A DNA stretch of 64,000 nucleotides from a virus. Shown piece by piece: positions 26,700 through 35,504 of the stretch. The first letter of the stretch is position 1, and the number at the start of each line of letters is the position of its first letter. The notes under the pieces were generated by a model. The model was not told where the DNA came from, did not search any database, and saw nothing but the letters and a program-made list of their open reading frames with translations. Both the position numbers and the translations under genes were made by a program. The stretch is from positions 35,470 through 99,469 of the IMG/VR virus record IMGVR_UViG_3300045988_147330. One strand, written 5' to 3'.

Positions 26700-26875
26700 A
26701 TGCAATTAGTTTATAAATTTGACATCAATCATTCTGACAGGCTTTGCGCTATCTGCCGTGTTACGAACAATCAAAAGTATTCGGTGATTCTTTTATGATA
26801 GCCGATAGTGGGCGTTGGTATCGCCCCGAACGGATTAACGTTCTAAAATGTGTGTGAATACATGTACATTAATAC
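26700..26875 (+). repeat. repeat copy 2: TnpB 3'-end/right-end-like module (no promoter block)
   Basis: Near-identical to 54486-54661 (2 substitutions by eye). Confidence 0.85.
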
Positions 26876-26981
26876 ATGACGGATTAAGCGTTCCAAGAAA
26901 CAATTACCCCAAATGGGATAAGATGATTTTCAGAGATAAAGATAGTTTAATAAAATACTTAACAGAAAGTGAATAAATGGT

Positions 26982-27152
26982 ATGAATGAATTGGAACAAG
27001 ATAAAAGATATGTTTTTGGAGATATGATTATAGTAGCCAGTATTGATGCATATTCTAATCCTATCCTAAAAATTAGCACAGATGCAGGAAATGTGATTGT
27101 AATGCCATCATCCGATAATAAGATTATTGTAAAATCAACTACGGATAAATAA
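26982..27152 (+). CDS. hypothetical small protein (56 aa)
   Basis: Hand-translated ORF below track cutoff; preceded by aacagaaagtga, similar to the upstream motif seen at neighbouring genes. Confidence 0.3.
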   Translation: MNELEQDKRYVFGDMIIVASIDAYSNPILKISTDAGNVIVMPSSDNKIIVKSTTDK

Positions 27153-27162
27153 CAATTAACAA

Positions 27163-27423
27163 ATGAATGATATACTATTCAATAAAATAAAAAGAGCGAA
27201 CAGCAAATATGCTGAATACTTATCAGCTTGCGATAAAGTGGCTAAAGCAGCCCAAAAGCATATAAACTGGAATGATGACGTAAGTTGTGCCTATATGCCT
27301 GGTGATGGTCTTTGTATAGAGATTGAAGGCCATGTTTGCCCAGCTACAAGATTCTTTGAGCTACCTGAGATTATTGGGGATGATATGATTGATGAATATA
27401 CATATCGAACTAATTGCATCTAA
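27163..27423 (+). CDS. hypothetical protein
   Basis: 86-aa ORF. Confidence 0.5.
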   Translation: MNDILFNKIKRANSKYAEYLSACDKVAKAAQKHINWNDDVSCAYMPGDGLCIEIEGHVCPATRFFELPEIIGDDMIDEYTYRTNCI

Positions 27424-27440
27424 TTAAAAACCGAATAAAA

Positions 27441-27788
27441 ATGAAGCAAATAGTGATTGGCGATAAGCCTTTAATGCAAATATCAGAAGAGGATATTTTG
27501 CAGGTTGCAGTAATTCAAGGATGCTGCGCTTGTCTTGACTATTGGAATTATCCAACTTTGACTGAGTATGATAATACCATGTTTAGATATTCAGTATTGT
27601 GTTCATACAAATCTACACGGAAAGAGGATAATCGAGATAGTAGCGAACTTACTTTCTTTTTGGATACCAAAGATTTGTCCTACCACTATCATAGAGAGTG
27701 GTCAACAGAAAAATGGCATGGAGAACGTCTTGGGTTAAATACAATAAAGTTTTTGATTGAAAAGGGCTATGATGTGCCAATTTATTAA
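27441..27788 (+). CDS. hypothetical protein
   Basis: ORF trimmed to MKQIVIGDK after the previous stop. Confidence 0.5.
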   Translation: MKQIVIGDKPLMQISEEDILQVAVIQGCCACLDYWNYPTLTEYDNTMFRYSVLCSYKSTRKEDNRDSSELTFFLDTKDLSYHYHREWSTEKWHGERLGLNTIKFLIEKGYDVPIY

Positions 27789-27825
27789 TTCAAATATAAT
27801 TCAAAACAAATCAGAAAGGAATAAA

Positions 27826-28617
27826 ATGATAATAGCTTGGTTTAGTTGCGGTGTAACATCCGCAGTAGCATGTAAGATAGCATTGAGCTTGTATAACGAT
27901 GTACAACTCTATTATATCGAAACTGGTTCCGGGCATCCAGATAATGTCCGATTTATCTCAGATTGCGAGAGATGGTACGATCAGCCAATCCACACTATCC
28001 GAAGCGACAAATATACTTGTGTTGCTGATGTTTTACGGAAAGGTTATATTAACGGTGCGCATGGTGCTGCTTGTACTCTTGAGCTGAAAAAGAAAGTCCG
28101 TTATAAGTTGGAGAAGGAACTTGGTTCTTGGGATGGTCAAGTTTGGGGCTTCGACTTTGCCCCGAAAGAAATAAACCGCGCCATCCGCTTTAAGCAACAA
28201 TATCCATATACAAAGCCGTTGTTCCCACTTATTGAAAAGCAGATAACCAAGCAAGATGCAATGGGAATGCTTGGGAAAGTCGGCATTGAAATCCCTGCCA
28301 TGTACAAGATGGGCTACAATAACAACAACTGTATCGGTTGTGTGAAAGGTGGCATGGGCTATTGGAATAAGATACGGAAGGATTTTCCGAAAGTGTTTGA
28401 CCAGATGGCTAAGATTGAGCGTGATGTTGGAGCTACCTGCCTAAAGGATAAAGACGGTCGTATCTTCCTTGATGAACTACCAACGTGGCGGGGCGACCCA
28501 GTAGAAGAGATTATACCGGATTGCTCGCTTATCTGCCAAATTGAATTTCAAGAGATTATCGACAGGCAGGTAGCACGAGTTTTGAAAGGAGAAATTAGTA
28601 TTAACGATGTAGTCTGA
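27826..28617 (+). CDS. PP-loop ATP-pyrophosphatase / PAPS-reductase-family protein
   Basis: MIIAWFSCGVTSAVAC (SGGxDS-like PP-loop) at the N-terminus; start set at ATG 27826. Confidence 0.55.
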   Translation: MIIAWFSCGVTSAVACKIALSLYNDVQLYYIETGSGHPDNVRFISDCERWYDQPIHTIRSDKYTCVADVLRKGYINGAHGAACTLELKKKVRYKLEKELGSWDGQVWGFDFAPKEINRAIRFKQQYPYTKPLFPLIEKQITKQDAMGMLGKVGIEIPAMYKMGYNNNNCIGCVKGGMGYWNKIRKDFPKVFDQMAKIERDVGATCLKDKDGRIFLDELPTWRGDPVEEIIPDCSLICQIEFQEIIDRQVARVLKGEISINDVV

Positions 28618-28649
28618 AAAGGCTCAAAACCGAACAGAAAGGAGCTAAT

Positions 28650-28874
28650 ATGTTTGAACCAAAAACAAAAACTATAACCCGTTGGGGGCTTACAATCCGA
28701 GGTACTGATGTGTATTTCCCTAAAAAGGAAACAACTATAAATATTGGAAAATTGACATTAAAGATGAATCCGGAAACTCGAATGTTTGAAGAATATCGGC
28801 TTTGGGATTTAACCTCTGGTGTTCCTCAATTGATAGACGAACAGAGATTTGATAGAACAAGTTTAATTCAATAA
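28650..28874 (+). CDS. hypothetical protein
   Basis: 74-aa ORF with AAGGAG upstream. Confidence 0.5.
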   Translation: MFEPKTKTITRWGLTIRGTDVYFPKKETTINIGKLTLKMNPETRMFEEYRLWDLTSGVPQLIDEQRFDRTSLIQ

Positions 28875-28883
28875 TGAACAAAT

Positions 28884-29090
28884 ATGAATACATTTTACAT
28901 GGTATTTGTGGAAGGGTGTGCTACCCCAGCTTGCAAACATGATAGCTTGGATAGTGCGGAAAAAGAAGCGAAAAGGCTTGCAACTCTTTTAAAAAAGAAA
29001 GCATACGTTTTGTGTACTATAAAATCAGTTGAAGACACTCAATACAAAATTGAGGATTGCAGACCTAGTGGAAGTGATTTACCATTTTAA
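28884..29090 (+). CDS. hypothetical protein
   Basis: 68-aa ORF. Confidence 0.45.
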   Translation: MNTFYMVFVEGCATPACKHDSLDSAEKEAKRLATLLKKKAYVLCTIKSVEDTQYKIEDCRPSGSDLPF

Positions 29091-29101
29091 TTTGAAAAGA
29101 A

Positions 29102-29290
29102 ATGAGTGAAAATAAAAGAACATGCCCAGAATTTAAAAATGAAATGAAATATCCTAAAGTAAAGAAAAAGAAAAAAATTAAAAGAGATTGTCATAACTGT
29201 ACTTTCTTTGCTGCATGCGCAGATAGATATCACAGGAATGCTGTGGATTGCAAAAGGTTTAGATTTTGTTCTATGTGTAAAAGTACATAA
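29102..29290 (+). CDS. hypothetical Cys-rich basic protein
   Basis: 62-aa ORF. Confidence 0.4.
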   Translation: MSENKRTCPEFKNEMKYPKVKKKKKIKRDCHNCTFFAACADRYHRNAVDCKRFRFCSMCKST

Positions 29291-29361
29291 AAATATAAGA
29301 AATGAGTAAAAAAACAATTTATTATCTATTCCTAGTAGCAATGTATATGCTGCTAGGATAG

Positions 29362-29622
29362 ATGGAAAGGAAAGATATGGATAAAGATAAATTTATAAGA
29401 GCAATAGAAATAAACAATAAAATAGAGGAATACAAAGATCATAAGATAACACTTGAAAAATCTAACATAAAATATGGTGGTGGATTGATATTCACATATA
29501 ACCAAATGCACAATGATGTACCATTAAAGGAAGAACTTTTTGGTAAGAATTTCTTTCAGTGCTATCTGTATGCTTTGGATAGTAAAATAAAAGAATTACA
29601 AAAAGAGTTTGACGAATTATAA
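29362..29622 (+). CDS. hypothetical protein
   Basis: 86-aa ORF. Confidence 0.5.
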   Translation: MERKDMDKDKFIRAIEINNKIEEYKDHKITLEKSNIKYGGGLIFTYNQMHNDVPLKEELFGKNFFQCYLYALDSKIKELQKEFDEL

Positions 29623-29677
29623 TAGAACAGAAATGAATTAAATAGCCTTGGACGGGCTTTGTAAAATCCATATTGAT

Positions 29678-30067
29678 ATGAAAAAGTACATTGGAACAAA
29701 ATTAGTTCAAGCCACACCAGCAATTCGCAAGGGTGGAAAAATTTATCTACCTACTGATGCTATTCCAAGAACAATGGAACCAGTAGAAGAAGGTTATAAG
29801 GTGGTGTATGAAGACGGTTATGAAAGCTGGTCCCCTAAAGATGTCTTTGAGAAGGCTTATCACGTGGCTGATACCCCTCTTGACCGTATGTATATCGAAT
29901 ATAATGAGTTGATGGACAAACATAATAAGTTAGTCCTGTTTCTTGGTCGAAAAGATGCTGTTGAAATAGCTGGTGAAGATCAGGTTGCTTTAATGGAAAG
30001 GCAAAAAATACAGATGCACGACTATCTTATTACCTTGAAAGATCGCATTGACTTAATGAAGAAATAA
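29678..30067 (+). CDS. hypothetical protein
   Basis: Track ORF starts at a TTG (29648); ATG 29678 (MKKYIGTK) preferred. The EGYKVVYEDGYESWSPKDVFEKAY motif recurs in phage proteins. Confidence 0.55.
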   Translation: MKKYIGTKLVQATPAIRKGGKIYLPTDAIPRTMEPVEEGYKVVYEDGYESWSPKDVFEKAYHVADTPLDRMYIEYNELMDKHNKLVLFLGRKDAVEIAGEDQVALMERQKIQMHDYLITLKDRIDLMKK

Positions 30068-30132
30068 ATATTGGCCATACGGTGGTTGAATGTCTGCCGT
30101 ATGGCTCAAAACTAGATCAGAAGGAGGTAATT

Positions 30133-30420
30133 ATGGGATCATTTATAGCCCAACAGCCAAACGGCTTATATTGTAGGTTTAGTACAATTGTTGATACAGT
30201 CACGCACTACAATATGACAAAAGATGATTACATAGAAGTATGCAAAGACCGATTAGGAAAAAAACGTGGAGAAGAAGAGGCTAATGATATTTTAAAAAAC
30301 GATCTGCACCCTTTTAACGATGTTCTTGAACGATTCATTCCTAATAATGATTCGGTTGAAGAGTTTAATATCCGCTTGAAAGAAATGGGATATATGGATG
30401 AGTTTAAGTTTAATGGATAA
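30133..30420 (+). CDS. hypothetical protein
   Basis: ATG 30133 with AAGGAGG at 30121-30127 preferred over the GTG at 30082. Confidence 0.5.
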   Translation: MGSFIAQQPNGLYCRFSTIVDTVTHYNMTKDDYIEVCKDRLGKKRGEEEANDILKNDLHPFNDVLERFIPNNDSVEEFNIRLKEMGYMDEFKFNG

Positions 30421-30439
30421 TCCTCAAAACGGAACAAAT

Positions 30440-30673
30440 ATGAATGAAGTTAGAAAGCTATATAACGATGATGGATGCGTTCTTAAAGAGGCGTCTAGCA
30501 ATGACTATGAATCATGGAGTTCAGCAAGAACACTTGGTCCTACGGAAAGAAGGGAAGAATACAGAAACCTATGTTATAATTTTGAATATGAGTGGGGAAC
30601 TAATATCCCTCACTGTGCAAAGAAAGGTGTATGTGATGAGGATTGTGAATACATGAAAAATTTTAAAGGATAA
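30440..30673 (+). CDS. hypothetical Cys-rich protein
   Basis: ORF trimmed to MNEVRKLYN after the previous stop. Confidence 0.45.
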   Translation: MNEVRKLYNDDGCVLKEASSNDYESWSSARTLGPTERREEYRNLCYNFEYEWGTNIPHCAKKGVCDEDCEYMKNFKG

Positions 30674-30676
30674 GAT

Positions 30677-31060
30677 ATGAAACAGACAGTAGAAGAAGCG
30701 GCAAGAGAGCACCAAACGCATTTTGAAATATGTGATGCCGAAGGTACAATAAGTGGATTTATTAATGGAGTGCATAAACAGAGTTATGAATCTTTTATTT
30801 CTGGTGCAGAATGGCAGTCAAAGCAATCCCCTTGGATAAGTGTGAAAGAACGGTTGCCGGAAGAAAACAAAGAATATTTAGTCGTTCTTGACAATAGAGT
30901 GGTATACGTAGCTCAATATAATAAGAATAATAAATCTTGGCTCATATATGGAACTGGATATACTTATAATGTTGTCGCTTATATGCCCATCCCATCTTTC
31001 GATGAAATACTCGAAGCGAACAGGGATGTACTAGAACGGATTAAAGATAAAGGAGATTGA
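30677..31060 (+). CDS. hypothetical protein
   Basis: 127-aa ORF. Confidence 0.55.
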   Translation: MKQTVEEAAREHQTHFEICDAEGTISGFINGVHKQSYESFISGAEWQSKQSPWISVKERLPEENKEYLVVLDNRVVYVAQYNKNNKSWLIYGTGYTYNVVAYMPIPSFDEILEANRDVLERIKDKGD

Positions 31061-31063
31061 GAT

Positions 31064-31210
31064 ATGGATAAGGAAGAATTAACCATTAGCTTAGCGGAAG
31101 CATATAGGGAGATATATCTATTAAAGTTGATTAATATCAAGCTAAGGAAACATGTAGACGAACTTACTGGGTATATTCAAGAATTTTCACCTGTATTTAC
31201 TAAAGAATAA
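31064..31210 (+). CDS. hypothetical small protein (48 aa)
   Basis: Hand-translated; last plus-strand ORF before the terminator. Confidence 0.3.
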   Translation: MDKEELTISLAEAYREIYLLKLINIKLRKHVDELTGYIQEFSPVFTKE

Positions 31211-31265
31211 AAATATGTATAATAATAGATACTTTCATTATTGGAATAAACTAGTAAGACCATAC

Positions 31266-31289
31266 AGATAGGGAGTAAAATCCCTATCT
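31266..31289. terminator. bidirectional terminator hairpin between convergent early and late blocks
   Basis: 9-bp stem agataggga/tccctatct, 6-nt loop, T-rich tail on the plus strand. Confidence 0.6.
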
Positions 31290-31448
31290 TTTCTTTTCAT
31301 ACTTCCTTTTCATTTTTCTTCTTTCCACTCGTGACATACCCATATTTTGCGCAATGCCAAACAGTATTTCTTTTTCTGAATCAGTAAGCATATCATACAC
31401 TTCTTCCTTGCTTTTTCCGCTAATCATAGCCATAAATATCTTTTTCAT
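31284..31448 (-). CDS. hypothetical small basic protein (54 aa)
   Basis: Hand-translated MKKIFMAMISGKSKEEVYDML...RRKMKRKYEKKR; stop lies inside the terminator stem. Confidence 0.35.
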   Translation of the reverse strand: MKKIFMAMISGKSKEEVYDMLTDSEKEILFGIAQNMGMSRVERRKMKRKYEKKR

Positions 31449-31455
31449 AATATGT

Positions 31456-31866
31456 TTATTTTAACTTCTTTTTACAACAATCGCAAATTTCTTCTTTTAT
31501 AGGTTTTGTAAATAAAGCACCTACATACCCTGCAAGGTATCCAGCTTCTTCTGATGAAGGCTTTATGCCGTAATAATCAATTATATGACCAATCATGTGT
31601 TGTTTCTCATGTTCTAGGGTATTCATAAACTCTTCATCAGATGTACTATGACTGATAATCATTACAGTGCACTTATCATTTGAATATGTAACACCATAAT
31701 TATACTTCTCAGTCTTTATCTTATCCGTTATTCTGTTCAATAAATGAAAAGGACAGCCAATATATTCTAACCTGTATATTACTCTTAAGTAAGAGTGTTT
31801 GTCTACAGAATAGAACACATCAACTGTCCAATCATATTCTTCGATGTATAGTCTTTGTCGTACCAT
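31456..31866 (-). CDS. hypothetical protein with HExxH motif
   Basis: LEHEKQHM; start trimmed to MVRQRLY just after the upstream stop. Confidence 0.5.
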   Translation of the reverse strand: MVRQRLYIEEYDWTVDVFYSVDKHSYLRVIYRLEYIGCPFHLLNRITDKIKTEKYNYGVTYSNDKCTVMIISHSTSDEEFMNTLEHEKQHMIGHIIDYYGIKPSSEEAGYLAGYVGALFTKPIKEEICDCCKKKLK

Positions 31867-31871
31867 AACAA

Positions 31872-32279
31872 TTAAATATAATCTTCCCAGGAAAACGGAG
31901 TTCCACAAGCTATACATTTAGCATAATACTCATCTAGAGCACGTGTAGGGCTTCCGTCAACATCATCAAGATAATCTTTCACAAACATACAAGCGTATTG
32001 TTCGTTGACTATAGACGAACCCATATAATCGGCACGTACCATATTCAACACATAAACCTTGTTGTATTCTACATCATTCTTCAATTCAACATTGAATTGT
32101 TTCATCAATGCTTCTACTTGATCCTTGTCATACGGGTGTAACTTGTTTCCGTTTCTATCTTTCATCTTTGAAACGGCATATTCACATAATTTCTTTGAGA
32201 AGTTCCATCCGTGTTCTGCAAGATATTTTTCCATCCCAGAAGGAAGTTTCTCATATACATCTAATCTTGTTCTTTCCAT
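31872..32279 (-). CDS. hypothetical protein
   Basis: 135-aa ORF. Confidence 0.55.
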   Translation of the reverse strand: MERTRLDVYEKLPSGMEKYLAEHGWNFSKKLCEYAVSKMKDRNGNKLHPYDKDQVEALMKQFNVELKNDVEYNKVYVLNMVRADYMGSSIVNEQYACMFVKDYLDDVDGSPTRALDEYYAKCIACGTPFSWEDYI

Positions 32280-32340
32280 AGCTCTTGTTTTTAAAGAAAA
32301 ACAGCCCGTAGTAAACCACTACGGGCTTAAATCAATTGAA

Positions 32341-32580
32341 TTAGCGTCTACGTCTAGCGTAGGGACCAGTACCTTTGACTCCACGTCTTTCTCCGTATTC
32401 ATCATCATCGTCCCAAATGCGCCCATCATCGTCCATTCTTCTACGCATTCCACGTTCACCATAACGGCCATCCATTTCTTCCATAGCGTCACGATAACCT
32501 TCTTTATACGCTTTTTCTAATTCGCGGTCCATATCTTCGCCTTCAAAGCTACGGCCCATTCCATATACTTTCCAACCCAT
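32341..32580 (-). CDS. hypothetical highly charged protein
   Basis: 79-aa ORF rich in D/E/R/G. Confidence 0.45.
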   Translation of the reverse strand: MGWKVYGMGRSFEGEDMDRELEKAYKEGYRDAMEEMDGRYGERGMRRRMDDDGRIWDDDDEYGERRGVKGTGPYARRRR

Positions 32581-32585
32581 AGTTA

Positions 32586-33143
32586 TTATTTTTTATTGTT
32601 GTTGTTGTTATTGTTGTTGTTGTTTGTATGTTGCACATCTGGCAATTTGATACCCGAAGCAGCAAGTTGAGCAAGTATATCCCTTATCTGAGACAATTCA
32701 CCTTTAAGCTCTTTCATTTCCTTATCTTGTTGAGCTTTTTCCGCAAATGCAGGATTTAATGCGGTAAGCATTTCATCACAGCTTTTGATTACTTTTTGAT
32801 GATATTCTACAGATTCTACTACTCGCATACTGCTCACTTTCATAGCTTCTATCTCAGCATTGATAGCATCTTTGCTTTCTGATACAACTACGTTTCCTCC
32901 TACTTGGGAAAAGTCTGCTATGCTAAGATTGGCTGGTAACTTTTGAAAATCAAGAGTATCATCGCCAACTTTTACTTTCACATCCACAACCATTTCATTT
33001 TGTGGAAGAGGATATGATGCATATCCATTTTGATATTTAGGGACAGGATTTGAAACACTTATCACAGTACCCACATCGCATCTTGGGTTTTCCCCTTTAT
33101 GTAATATGAAAAACTGCTGTCCTTGTCGTATTGATTGAAACAT
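32586..33143 (-). CDS. hypothetical protein with C-terminal poly-Asn tail
   Basis: 185-aa ORF ending ...HTNNNNNNNNNNKK. Confidence 0.55.
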   Translation of the reverse strand: MFQSIRQGQQFFILHKGENPRCDVGTVISVSNPVPKYQNGYASYPLPQNEMVVDVKVKVGDDTLDFQKLPANLSIADFSQVGGNVVVSESKDAINAEIEAMKVSSMRVVESVEYHQKVIKSCDEMLTALNPAFAEKAQQDKEMKELKGELSQIRDILAQLAASGIKLPDVQHTNNNNNNNNNNKK

Positions 33144-33164
33144 ACTTATTCTAACTTTTTAATA

Positions 33165-33614
33165 TCATTTTACAGTGCTTCTAGCCTGTGCGGCAGTAGC
33201 AGGTGCAACGATATGATTAACTACTTGAAATATCCCATTACATTTGTCGTAATAGACAAAGTATTTATTGCCTTGTGAAATTTCACTAGACGGAATCTGA
33301 TCTCCCGAACCGTTTACCAAAGGAACCTTGCTTGTGGATGTTGATGTGGTATTTGTCAGTGTGGTAGCCACAGAAACAAGGTAAGCGTCAGATCCGGCAG
33401 CAGGAACATGGTTTACACTCAGAAGTAAGATACCTTGATTAGGTAATCGTCTGAACAGACATGGACTAATACCGTATATAACTTCGGAATTTGTTGTATC
33501 TGTTGTAACAGAAGAAGTTCTTATAAAAGGTATCCCTCCAAAGTCTAGCCTATGTACTCCTCTGAAACGGTTAGCAGTATAGCCAGCCATATAAGGATTA
33601 AAAAAATAACTCAT
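33165..33614 (-). CDS. hypothetical protein
   Basis: 149-aa ORF. Confidence 0.55.
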   Translation of the reverse strand: MSYFFNPYMAGYTANRFRGVHRLDFGGIPFIRTSSVTTDTTNSEVIYGISPCLFRRLPNQGILLLSVNHVPAAGSDAYLVSVATTLTNTTSTSTSKVPLVNGSGDQIPSSEISQGNKYFVYYDKCNGIFQVVNHIVAPATAAQARSTVK

Positions 33615-33641
33615 AACTTTTCCCTTTCTTTAAAATTTTAA

Positions 33642-33649
33642 TATATTTG
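33642..33649 (+). promoter_or_regulatory. -7 promoter motif TATATTTG for the HNH gene
   Basis: TAnnTTTG ~90 nt upstream of ATG 33742. Confidence 0.35.
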
Positions 33650-33741
33650 CATCGGGATAGACAAGAGTTGCAAACTTGTTGATAAGGGTTTTCCGAGCCT
33701 TTCCCATTCTTTAATCTCGGAATCATTTAATTCGGAAATCA

Positions 33742-34401
33742 ATGAATACAAGAAAAAGAGAAATTCCTTCATTAGAAGGAGAAGTATGGAAAGACATAAA
33801 AGGATTTGAATCAATTTATTCAATTTCTAATTTCGGAAGAGTATATTTACATGGACGATATGTTTTTGCAGGAAAAAAAATTGGTAAAAGATGGCAACCA
33901 CCACAATTTATGACACCTCAAGTAAATCAAAGTGGATATTTAAATCTATTTTTACGAGATAATGGAAAAATAGAAAGAAAATATATTCATAGATTAGTAG
34001 CAGAGCATTTTATACCAAATATTTATAATTATCCATGTGTAGACCATAAAGATACAAACACTAAAAACAATCATGTATCAAATCTTAGATTCTGTACACA
34101 TAAAATGAATTCAAACAATCCAAATACTCTAAATAAGATGTCTAAATCTCATAAAAAAAGGGTATTTGAAAAAAGAATGCGTCATTCATCTGTTGTTGGA
34201 ATTAATATTAATGATTATAATGATGTCAGAACATATTTTTCAATGACAGATGCTAAAAATGATGGATTTAATCCAAATGGTATTAGTAAATGTTGTTTGA
34301 AAAGAATAAATCAACATCATGGATTTAAATGGATGTATCTAAATGAATACGAAACCCTTATCAATAAGTCAAAGAACAAATCTTCCAATGCAGAGATTTA
34401 A
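33742..34401 (+). CDS. free-standing HNH homing endonuclease (NUMOD4 + HNH_3)
   Basis: EVWKDIKGFESIYSISNFGRVY (NUMOD4); VDHKDTNTKNNHVSNLRFCTHKMN (HNH). Confidence 0.85.
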   Translation: MNTRKREIPSLEGEVWKDIKGFESIYSISNFGRVYLHGRYVFAGKKIGKRWQPPQFMTPQVNQSGYLNLFLRDNGKIERKYIHRLVAEHFIPNIYNYPCVDHKDTNTKNNHVSNLRFCTHKMNSNNPNTLNKMSKSHKKRVFEKRMRHSSVVGININDYNDVRTYFSMTDAKNDGFNPNGISKCCLKRINQHHGFKWMYLNEYETLINKSKNKSSNAEI

Positions 34402-35280
34402 TTAGCAACCACAACCATTGTTGCATCCATATCCATAAGCATAACCATCATTCAAGCCACCTTGACAACCAAACGGGTTGCAGGTTAAATAGGCTGGAAC
34501 TGGACATGGACGAAGCTGATTAACAAGATTCTGCGTCTGTTGCTGCGTTAAAGCTGACATCTGATAACCTTGTTTTTCATCGCGTAACTGCTGAATTTCA
34601 CGTTGCATTTCACGCATTTCAAGCTGACAGAACTTGTCATTTATAATTTGCGTTTGAGCATCAATCTTTGCCCCCAAGATGTTGAACTGAGTGTTTGCAT
34701 TGCTAGTCAGAGTGTTGGTCTGCTCTACAGTAGCCAATCGGCTATCGCATCCTTGACGTTCGATAGCGGTACGGATATCACAGCAGCAAGAAGCAAGCTG
34801 AGAACCTATAGCTGCGCTATTGGACTGAATTGAATTGATGATCTGTTGAGAAGAAAGACCTACCTGATTACCAACTTGCTGAATCTGTCCTTGAATCTGG
34901 CAGATAGCATTTTGCAACTGTTGAGTAGAGCAACTCAAAGAGCTAGCCAACTGATTGATAGCTGATCCGTTTCCTTGAATAGCATTCATCAACAACTCAC
35001 GTCCTGCATCATTATTCAATTGAGCAGGTATACCATTTGCTCCGTTGCCAAATCCATTTCCGAATCCGTTACCACCCCACAGGAAGAATAGCAGGATAAT
35101 CCAGATCCAATAGCAACCAGCACCACCCCAAGCATCTTGATTTTTGTTTCCATTCATCAAGGCTGCTACAAGATTGGGGTCTAATCCCTTGTTCTGCAAC
35201 AATGCAGGTATCATTGACATAAGTCCTGCACTTTCTCCAGCAGCAGGATTGTCGAACATAAAAATTTTGTCTGAACCCAT
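34402..35280 (-). CDS. single-pass membrane protein, Q/N-rich with Cys-rich tail
   Basis: TM GCYWIWIILLFFLWGG, GFGNGFGNG, long Q/N/S-rich region with CCC, C-terminal CNPFGCQGG..YGCNNGCGC; ATG 35280 preferred over the GTG at 35331. Confidence 0.55.
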   Translation of the reverse strand: MGSDKIFMFDNPAAGESAGLMSMIPALLQNKGLDPNLVAALMNGNKNQDAWGGAGCYWIWIILLFFLWGGNGFGNGFGNGANGIPAQLNNDAGRELLMNAIQGNGSAINQLASSLSCSTQQLQNAICQIQGQIQQVGNQVGLSSQQIINSIQSNSAAIGSQLASCCCDIRTAIERQGCDSRLATVEQTNTLTSNANTQFNILGAKIDAQTQIINDKFCQLEMREMQREIQQLRDEKQGYQMSALTQQQTQNLVNQLRPCPVPAYLTCNPFGCQGGLNDGYAYGYGCNNGCGC

Positions 35281-35372
35281 AATATTGTAATTTAATGTGT
35301 GTGTATTATAACTCCCGTAAAGACTGTGCACTCATCTTTACGAATGTAAATTTACAACATGGATTGCCTAAA

Positions 35373-35380
35373 CAAAAATA
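35373..35380 (-). promoter_or_regulatory. -7 promoter motif TATTTTTG (minus strand)
   Basis: Reverse complement of caaaaata. Confidence 0.3.
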
Positions 35381-35504
35381 AAAATTTCAAAGCGTAACTT
35401 ATTGTGTTTCAGATAGTTTAAACTTGTTAAAGTAAGTTATTTCCTTGTGGAATATTTTTTCTATTTGTATATTAGCGCAATAATTTAAAAAATGAGGATT
35501 TTTT

